From Octopus sinensis (taxonomy: Eukaryota), in the NCBI RefSeq assembly GCF_006345805.1, contig NC_043008.1:992001-1056000 (forward strand): a stretch of DNA of 64,000 bases, given 5' to 3'. This document shows, piece by piece, positions 54,086-64,000 of the stretch. The notes under the pieces were generated by a model. It had not been told where the DNA came from, did not search any database, and saw only the letters and a list, made by a program, of their open reading frames with translations. Every line of letters starts with the position of its first letter. Within the stretch, counting starts at the first letter, position 1. The translations under genes were made by a program, and so were the position numbers.

Positions 54086-56958
54086 ATTCCTGTGCTTGCT
54101 TGAGCAAAACTGTTTATATGTATACTCTTAAGTGTCTCAGAAGTGAATGTTGTTTAACTTCACTTGTTGAGATCTGTCGCTTTTCAAACAGATCCACATT
54201 TCCCTCTGTGTCTCTTCCTTTTTTTTAGGCAGTATGGTGTCTGATGATGAAGACTTAGCTGCTGTTACTTGTAGTTAAAGAGACTTCTATGGAGCGCCCC
54301 TCGTGTATTTTTCTATTACAGTGTTAGACATGAGAAAAGATAAATGTTAAATTTAGTTTGTAGGAACAAGTTGCTTTTTTTACACAGGGTTGTAGAAATA
54401 TGAATATTACTCAGTGTAAGTAGTCCGATTGGTCGAGACGTGATCCTACATTTTATTGTCCCGAGTTGAATGACAAGTTGAAGAATATTTGAGAGGAATT
54501 TGGTATAGAGTGGAAGCATTTATAATCTATATATTCACAGACGTTTACAAGCACTTACATGCAACACATACGCACACACATTCACATACATAGTGTAAGC
54601 CTAACCCCAATTTCAGGACTCGAATTCCTCGCCATTTTGACAGTCAGGCCAGAATATACATTATCTCGTTTGATTGGTTCTTTTGTTTGCTTTTTATGAA
54701 AGTTTACCATTGTATGATTAGTTTTTAATATTGTCCTTCATAAGTTTTGTTAGTTAAGGGCGTGTTGAGATACCCATCTATCAATAAGTTTCTTATAAAT
54801 TGTTTTTTTTTATACAAGTTGTTTGTATTCATGAAAAAATTTCGTCTTTATCGATTATACTTTTATTTTATTCATTGGAGCATACACTCTGTCAAAATAG
54901 AGAGGCTTATATTTACGGTTCACTTAACCATCTGTACTTCTCATTAGATTTTCTTGCTTATATGAGGATGATTATCAAATTGTACAAGAATAATTTGTAT
55001 AAATCATTAATCATCCATACTGTATATTGTTTGCATGGTGGAGTGATTTCTGGCGCATAGTTTAGAGTAGTTTTATGATAGATGGCCATGTCGTATTTAC
55101 GTATTTGGAGTTCTTAATGTATTTCTATTTCTCTGTGTATCAGTAAGAATATTTCTTTTTTAGTTTGAATTAAGAGATTTTAGCTCGATTCCTGAAAAAA
55201 ATTTTCTGTGTTTTTATTTTTTCTCTCTCATTAATGTTTTGAGTGTATCGTGATATTCGTTCTTGAGACAAATATCCAAACTCTGATAGGCAAATATTCA
55301 TTTTGTGAATATCTTCGAAGAGCGATATGATGCTTAATAAATTATGATACGTATCCAAGATCTCACAAATAGACAACTAACAAAACAAAGGAATACCACC
55401 TGGTTCAATATACTATTTAGCCAAAATGAAATAACAAAAATGCATTGATTAATACATGACTACATGTATGAACATGCGCACACATTATAGCATGGGGAAG
55501 GAAAGAGTGGCACAATCGTTGCTGACCATCCAAAAATAGTGAGCGTTATGTGGTTGATGTTATCTGAGGATAAATATAAGTCAATAGTTACCTTGGAAAG
55601 GACGGAATCCCATAGTTATATTATTCTTTTTAGGAAAATCAGAGGATGGTGATTAGGGTGAGGACTATGTGATAAGAAGAAAAAGATAAGTATGTCTTGT
55701 TACATTTTAACCGAACATCAACCTCGATGAAATTAACATATGATCAGAGACATTCCAGATGCGACAACACTACCTTTCCTTGGGTGCGGTTAAGCCGGGC
55801 AAATTATAAAATGTGACGCTTTCTATGATGGCGGGAATGATATAATGATATGTTGGCTGGAATTTCAACCAAATCGAGTTAGAACCGACAGAAACTCTCA
55901 CTTTTGTAGCTCTTATTAGTTTCATGAGTCGGCTTTGTGGCAAGGTAATGACATTTAGGTAGGTACCACTGAGAAGGTACCTAAAAAATACGGAGAAGAG
56001 ATTCTATCTCGTCCAGAGTTTGAAGCATGTCGTTGAGTCTGTACTTGAAGGACACACTGGACGCACTGGCTACTTTGTGATGGACGGAGGGATATTGAGT
56101 GTAGCACTTTCTAAAGCATGGAAAAAAACCCTTTTCATTTACCGTTTTCACCTAAACTTTGTGGATATTCAGCATGTCTTTCGAATTAAAATATTTTATA
56201 ACTCTGCAGCGAATGCTAGACTTCCAGATGCAGTTTCTTTCTGTTACAGATATTATAATTCATCATACAACCTGAACTCTACCATTTGTAGTGATTAAAG
56301 AATTTCGTAGCGAATTACACAAGACTAGAATGAGACAGAAAATTATTTCTCAGCTATCTCTAGTGATTTAGAGTACATGATTTTCAGTGATTGATTATCT
56401 TTAAGTAGTTTATTTGAAACCATAAGCGCCTGTTTTGAAATAAACATCAATTTGAACGGTTTCACTGGAACTCTATGTTTTCCTCAGGATTATTCACCAT
56501 TAATTCATTAATAATTGGATTCCTCACATTATTTCTTGTTCTTAACATCATACTTCGGTGGATAGATTCTTCGTGGTGCTGACATTAAGAATTATACGAT
56601 ATTATGTTTATATACTGAAACGGGGAGGTAATCTTTTCTACAATTTCTGGGGACAAATTATTTCGTTAAGATAAAAAAAAAAAAAAAATAAAGCTGAAAT
56701 ACATAAAAAAACGGCAGAGTAGAAAAAAAAGCTATTTATTTATTTCAAGAGTTTCGTAAGACCTGTAGGTGTTCATTAGTAATATTCCCACCCTGAAAGC
56801 AAAGAGACGTGGTTCAAATTCTGATATTGATTAGATTCTCTGTTACAAATTGATTTTAGTAATATTCTAATTACCTGTTTACTTTGAATTAACACACACA
56901 CATACAAACACACACACACACGTATGCATTTTATGTATCTCTATACGTAAGTATATAA

Positions 56959-56995
<37 letters not shown>

Positions 56996-57030
56996 CATGC
57001 ATATGTATGCTTGTAAGAGTGTATCTCTTC

Positions 57031-57080
<50 letters not shown>

Positions 57081-57807
57081 TATATATATGCGAGTGCGTA
57101 TGCACGTGCCTGTGTTTGTATACATGTGTTGAGGGTGATAAAATAATATATAAAAGTAATGAATATAGTCGAAATATATAGCTATGGAATTACAATCTTG
57201 TCTACACGTATAACATATGTAAATATATAATGTAATGTTATATATCACAGTAACAAGCAAGTCACCAAACGTAATAAAATACCAAAGACATTTCGGTGCC
57301 ATGGGTGCACCGGCTAGAAACAGGAAGCGTATACCCCCTAATTATATCCCCTAACGTTGTAAAATTGAAGAGGATACGTCAATCAGCAATACAGACATAG
57401 ATACCGCTAAAAAAAAAGAAGGTCACTAAAAGAATACTATCGATCTTTGCACTGTTAACTCAGACATTCCAGGAGTTAACAAAAACGGTAAAAGCGACTA
57501 AAGTTTTATATTGAAAAAGACGTTTTAAGCTTCGTCAAAAAAATCAATAATATCCCTATTAACACCATAAAACTGCCACAAGCGAATAACATATTACAAT
57601 ACTGAAGTGTTGTACGGAAATATAGAAATATATCGATCATTATTACATATGAAAAACCAGTAATGTTAAAAGTAAAGAAACAAAATAGTTAAACTATATA
57701 AAACTAAATCCTTCCAGAATTCCGTTGACACATGCTAAATTATAACATAGTGCAAGACAAGCTATAAAACTGGTCATAATTCTTCACTGGAAATATATTA
57801 CAAAAAT

Positions 57808-57835
57808 AACAACAACAATAACAATAATGATGATG

Positions 57836-57892
<57 letters not shown>
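57808..57892. repeat. (AAC)/(AAT)n array
   Basis: Seen directly. Confidence 0.95.
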
Positions 57893-57893
<1 letters not shown>

Positions 57894-58429
57894 AAAACCT
57901 GAAATTAATAATAAATGAAAATAAACAAAAACAGATACAGAAAGAAATATAAGACTTTAAAATATCGTAAACAACTAACGTTAAGTTTGTAAGAAAATTG
58001 TAAGAAAAATGTTATTTACAAATTCTCTTGTAAACATGGAGGCTAATAAGGCTAAATCAGATATTTGAGACGTATTATATCTATGTAGGATATATGAAAC
58101 TGATGTATATAGAAAGCTCTATCAGATAGTTTGGAGATATATTGGGGATATATAAGATGTGTGAAGCATTGATATATAATATAATGGATATATATTGGAC
58201 ACTCAGGTATGCTGGATGTGTCAGGTTTATATTTACTGTACATTTTGCAAACGTGGGCTTACAGGGATCATGTATTATACACGCAATGGATTAAACATTT
58301 GACGTATATTAGATATATATTATATTGTCTGTCCTCGTTTGTCTCCTCTGTATTTAGCCCCTTTTGGGTAGTAAAGAAATATATATTGAACAGACATTGT
58401 TTTCAAACTATGGCAACGAACCAGCAAAT

Positions 58430-58605
58430 TCGGATGAGAATTTAAACCGATTACATCGATAGCAATGCTTACGTGGTACTTTATTTATCGACCACGAAAG
58501 GATGAAAGGCAAAATCGATCTCGGCAGAATTTCAACTCGGAACGCAAAACCAGACAAAATGCGCTAAGTATTCTACCCGGCCTGCTAACGACCCTACCAG
58601 TCAGA
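58430..58605 (-). mobile_element. SINE family B, diverged
   Basis: tttatcgaccacgaaaggatgaaaggcaaaatcgatctcggcagaatttcaactc. Confidence 0.8.
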
Positions 58606-59875
58606 GCCATATATTGAACATATATTGAAATATATTCATCGGAGTAACAGACATAGCTGCTTGTTTAAAAAAGTTCACTTCGCAAACCCATGGTTCCAGG
58701 ATCGGTCTTCCGGTACGGCTCTTTCGACAAGTGATTTCTAGTAAAGCTCCAAACCAGCAGTACTTTTTGAGTAAATTTGCCGAGGGAAAATGTGAGGAAG
58801 CTCGATGTAATTACAATTTTGTATTCGTCTACGTGTGTGTGTGTGTTACACTGCTACTATATTGGACGCAGAACTCAATGACTGTACATTGAACACATAA
58901 AAACAACAGATACACATTTTACAAACCATGGACTCATTATTGTAATCTTGCCATATGTCACCGTGAATTGGATAGAGTTTTGACACAGAATTCATTAGGC
59001 ATATATTGAACATGCGTTGATCTCATAACAAATTCTTCAAACACATACAGCGGATGTAAATTCGATAAATTAGACATACATCGAGCATGCCACGAATATA
59101 AAAGCAATGAAGATATAACTCATTCCGTAGACTGGAATGTGTCACATATTATAATCATTTCACTATGGATTCCAACGAGAGAAAATGCAGAATACTTTAT
59201 CGCCATACAACAGTAAAATAAAACGTAATTAGAAGCAAACTAACAAATAAAAAAAAACACAAAAGATATTATTGCACAGCCTTCGTAGATTACTCATAGA
59301 AATCGTATTAAGAATAAAATATAAAGCAAAACACAGCACACAAATAGCGCATCCTAGTCACAAACTAAAACGCAGACACAATGGCTAAGCTGTTTCCTGA
59401 CAGCTGAAAGAAATATGGCGTCAACGGCCAGAAAATTCATAAAGTCTGGTAATAGCAAATGAGTAACAAATAGAAAAGTGCTCGCATAATTCTCAAGGCA
59501 CATAAAGAAAAAGAAAAACAACAAAAAAAAAACAAAACAAAACACGCAAAATAAACATAAAACAACCGCCATTAAATCATTTCTCCAAGAAAGATAAAAC
59601 TGTTAAAAACTTGAACCGTCCATGAATATGGGAAATTTATTGTTCAAAACAGAAGATAAAGGACTAATAAGGGGATATGAAAGAAAAAATAAAACTATAA
59701 GCACTTTTAAAACTGGAGCATAATCGTGTTTTAAATAGCAAACATCCACAGATTCTCTGCACACATACTCATGCACCTCGACACACAAATATACACATTT
59801 ATGCATCGTAGACTGCCATGTGTATACGTATATCTCTACATATATAAATATATACGTATTTAAGTACAAATATGC

Positions 59876-59952
<77 letters not shown>

Positions 59953-59984
59953 CGCATACACTCATACCAATGTTCTTTTCTACT

Positions 59985-60178
59985 TTTGGCACAAGGCCCG
60001 AATTGTTTAGGGAGGGGTCCCTGTCGATTAGAGCCATCCCAGTACGCAACTGATATTTAATTTATCGGACCCGAAAGGATGAATGGCAAAGTCGACTTCA
60101 GTGGAATTTGAACTCAGGACATAAAATACCGCTAAGGATTTCGACCGGTGCACTAGCGCTTCTGCCAACTCGCCGCTG
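59985..60178 (-). mobile_element. SINE family B
   Basis: ggcacaaggcccgaatt..cccagtacgcaactg..gaaaggatgaatggcaaagtcgac..ctgccaactcgccgc. Confidence 0.85.
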
Positions 60179-61169
60179 TATACCAATATTCATCATTTAA
60201 TGGATGCATAGAGCTATGTAAATATACGTATTTCCCAAACAAAACTACTTTTTCAATAAAAGTATCGTGAAAGATGTTTCGTCGTTTTCAACGATGTATC
60301 TTTCCGGTCACTTTTTGACACTAATGAATGGATTCGTTGCTCGATATATCTCCTACACGAGTAAAATTCGGCTAAAGTTACACCGGAATCAACTTCACAC
60401 TATAACAAGGACGATCCTTTGAACTCCATTATAGGTAATCCAGTGGCATTCCCAAGTTGTATCAGTCTGTGAATTTCAATCGTAAGCTTTGGTTCCACTA
60501 GTCTGTAGAAACTTGTCCAAAATTATATTGGTTTCTTTGAACACAAGTCGGCTTAATTGACCACTCGCCCGTGCGCCCGGTGGCAATTGTACAACGCATG
60601 GCATGCATTGTGCACCGAAGACTAGCAACACTGCACCGGATATCACGCCAATGGAGAAAACGTTCTGCTATTAGTAACATTACATTTGACGGCTGTAAAC
60701 TACAAAGGGCCACCATCTTGCTGATTACTTTAGACTGTCTTTACAAATGAATTGGTAATTTATATATATTTACCTCATGTCACTATTTTATCACTCAAAT
60801 CATGTAAATCGAACCGAACAATGTGCACTCATTAACCAAATGTTTTATTGACTTGAGGCCCTATTTAAGTCATCGTGTGATTGAAAAGCTACACTTCTAT
60901 AAGCAGTACGAAAACTTGAATTAAAAAATCGGTGAACACATGGTAGTTTGCAATTATGGACTTTGGAAGGCAATCTCATTTCGCGCATTTTGGCAAGAGT
61001 CTGCAATTATGGCCCCGAACGTACCAATGCCTCCCGAAGTATTTGGTTGACGAGAACTGTTTGGGAGCCTGTGATGTACATGTAAATATGTATATATATG
61101 TGTCTATATGCGTGTGTTTGTTTGTATGTATGTGTGTGGATGTATGCGTGTATTTGTGTGTCGTCATAT

Positions 61170-61320
61170 GCAAGTTCCTTTACGGCCCTGTTACCTAGCA
61201 GTTCGGCAACAGGAACTAACAGAAGTCCTAGTCATACAAAATGAGTACTGAATACATATGTTCGACTGAAATCCATCCAGGACGCTTGAAGTCCAATGTC
61301 TGAAACAAGAAAAAGACATA
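61170..61320 (+). mobile_element. Degenerate SINE family A, 3' half
   Basis: tagcagttcggcaa..gttcgact..ctgaaacaagaaaaaga. Confidence 0.6.
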
Positions 61321-61377
61321 TGTATGTATATTGATAAAGATAAAGATATATATATATATATATATATATAGTTCTTA

Positions 61378-61471
<94 letters not shown>

Positions 61472-61478
61472 TAGATGT

Positions 61479-61588
61479 ATAAGAATTTTTGGCGTAGTGA
61501 GATAAAAAACCAAGGATGTATAGATATTAGAACATTTAATATCTATACAGCCTTGGTTTTTTTATCTCATTACACAAAAAATCCTTAT
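61479..61588. repeat. Isolated inverted repeat (about 50-bp stem, 7-nt loop)
   Basis: ataagaatttttggcgtagtgagataaaaaaccaaggatgtatagatatta-gaacatt-taatatctatacagccttggtttttttatctcattacacaaaaaatccttat. Confidence 0.9.
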
Positions 61589-61751
61589 AATATACACACG
61601 CTGACATAGAACCAAAGTTGAACCCTTTATTCCCAATATTGCCGAATCTGGAACTTAACTATGTTCTGTCTATAGCACTTATTCAGCATTAACTGACACC
61701 TTTGGATCTCAATGACACTATTATCTCTTATATATATATATATATATATAT

Positions 61752-61980
61752 TTCTTTGCTGCCCACAAGGGGCTAAACACAGAGGGGACAAACAAGGACA
61801 GACAAAGGGATTAAGTCGATTACATCGACCCCAGTGCGTAACTGGTACTTAATTTATCGACCCCGAAAGGATGAAAGGCAAAGTCGACCTCGGCGGAATT
61901 TGAACTCGGAACGTAACGACAGACGAAATACCGCTAATCATTTTGCCCGGTGTGCTAAAGTTTCTGCCAGCTCGCCGCCT
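61752..61980 (-). mobile_element. Full-length, well-preserved SINE family B
   Basis: Minus strand ggcggcgagctggcagaaac..gagttcaaattccgccgaggtcgactttgcctttcatcctttcggggtcgataaattaagtaccag..gcagcaaagaaa. Confidence 0.9.
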
Positions 61981-61982
61981 TT

Positions 61983-62039
<57 letters not shown>

Positions 62040-62258
62040 TGGGATGTACGTGAGTGTATGATCATTTATCCTTATATATAAGGGGGGTGTTGTGCTCATT
62101 TTAGTTAAGAGATCATAAGAATGCTAGGATAGAGAACCAGCTGTGGCTGGGGATGGATATTTGTATGTGTGTACGTGTGTGAGTGTGTATGTATGTGTAT
62201 ACAATTGAGGGAGTGTGAGAGTACGCACAACATACACCGCACGCAAATATATACTTTC

Positions 62259-62313
<55 letters not shown>

Positions 62314-62700
62314 ATATAAATGGATGAATGAATTATGCTTCGTTAATCGATAACATGGAAAATTCAATAAACAGTTATCAAGGTAGCAAAATTCACGCAA
62401 GTAACACGGATGAAGCGACCTATTCAAAGGTAGAAACTCCGGGTCAATGTGTAGTAATTATATATATATATATAACGAGAGAAATGGCGAGGGAAAGATG
62501 TGGTGGGAAGTATAATACTACGGGTTATGATTATTTTATATCGAATCGTAAACATAATTTAATAAGTTCATTGGGTCTGGTCAGGGAAACTATATTCAAA
62601 GCATCCATTTACCTATGAAAATAAATGAAACTTTGTTAGCCAATGATTTTCGATTGCAAATGAAAATTAATTTGCTTATATTATATTTTGCTTCACAAAA

Positions 62701-62873
62701 CAAACGTCGACAAACGTCGACAAACGTCGACAAACATCGACAAACTTCGACAGCCATCGACAAATTCCGCAAATATCGACAACTTCGCGTAAAATAAACA
62801 AACATTGACACATTTCGCAAACACAGACAAAGTTTGGCAAACATCGAGAAATTTTGGCAAACATTGATAAATC
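62701..62873. repeat. 10-bp tandem repeat (CAAACGTCGA)n, decaying rightwards
   Basis: Three perfect units followed by progressively diverged ones. Confidence 0.9.
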
Positions 62874-64000
62874 TTATAATGTTCTTTGATGCAATAAATC
62901 TAGACCGTTGTTATCTTCTATTGACTGTATCTCGATCTGTCATCATTTCACCGTCGTCTTTCTCTATATGTCTTTCGTCATCTGGTTTCGTGATTTGTTT
63001 AACTAGAATATAACGAGTATATAATAGGACGCTTCATGTTGAAGTCTCGAAGTCACTAGGGGTGTGTGTGTATTAAAAGTTACACGCTCTCTGGTATCCA
63101 ATAAGGGTCGTGGTAGAAAATGCAAAGCGACACAACTGAAATTGCAGAATTGCAGTAAACACCGCTTCGTCCGGAAATCAAATAACCAGCTCTCTCAAAC
63201 AACCATTATTTTGAAAAACAAATCCGTAAAGAAAATGATTTATTTGTTAAGTCAATGGAATTTGTGCAAATATATGTTCATTAGTTTTAACTGAAAGAAA
63301 AGAAAAACTTTAACGAAAAAGAATCGTTGCTTCTTAAAGTCAGTATTATGATATATTTTCCTACATATACAATGGCTATGTTTTTATTAGATCGCTAAAA
63401 CTTTTACTTTCCTTCAAATATACATTTATCTCTTCCCATTTCTCTTGTTTCTTCTGTACTTAGAATATAAATTATAGTATTGATGCCTATACAGGCATTT
63501 AATGACTTTTGAGATGTGCTATGGTCAAATTATGTGCGATGAATAGATGTCCAGACATTTAAGTTACCCGCAATCATCCAGTCACTTTGGTGTGGAATAG
63601 TAAGGAGTTTACTGTAATTAGTTTTATTCGCATTTAAATGAAATTTGAACCTAAGTCTTCCATGTTTCTATTGTTGATGAAATACCTGTGGAAAAAGTAC
63701 GACACAACATATGGTCTTTTTTTCCCAGATAATCAGTTACCTCGGTATAGAGTGGATAAATTTATGACTTTTAAACGTAGACATTAACATTTCTTTATAA
63801 CGTGCAAACAGGATTTCAGAGCAATTTAAATTAATATACCTCGACAACAAATGCTGATGATGGAGGTATGTTGAATTATTGGTGTAGCTGTTTTTGTACA
63901 TGTGGAATAGTGTTATATCACATCCTTTTCACATATATATCTATGGATATATTTAGATGTATGTGTGTTTATTCTTGTGTTTATCCTCCACCACGGCTTG

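Noticed and set aside
54730-55380. Possible degenerate LINE coding region on the minus strand
   Set aside because: A-rich and stop-riddled with no diagnostic motif; cannot assign

Overview
AT-rich eukaryotic DNA saturated with microsatellites ((TA)n, (CA)n, (AAT)n, (TATC)n) and retroelements. The SINE families look like those of octopus/coleoid cephalopods (inference from recall, not a database match). No host gene can be called with confidence; there is only one weak plus-strand exon candidate near 650-800. Nearly all ORF-track entries are microsatellite artefacts. Recognisable content: a long, frameshifted CR1-clade LINE (17.9-21.3 kb), two further CR1 3' fragments, a Tc1-like transposase relic, two R4/Dong-type restriction-like-endonuclease (RLE) fragments inside (AAT)n arrays, three Penelope-like element (PLE) fragments (two RT, one GIY-YIG), an RTE-like relic, MITEs and many tRNA-derived SINE copies. 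The most notable signal is six minimal hammerhead-ribozyme-like (HHR) motifs of the PLE type in four sequence contexts. Two sit in a head-to-head pair of elements built as tRNA-like Pol III head + A-rich microsatellite + hammerhead tail, i.e. a candidate ribozyme-bearing SINE/retrozyme. Other notable structure: a 139/140-identical inverted duplication of a SINE head around a palindromic (TA)n spacer, and a CATGGCC-hairpin-(G)AAAC 3' module shared by three LINE ends and the commonest SINE.
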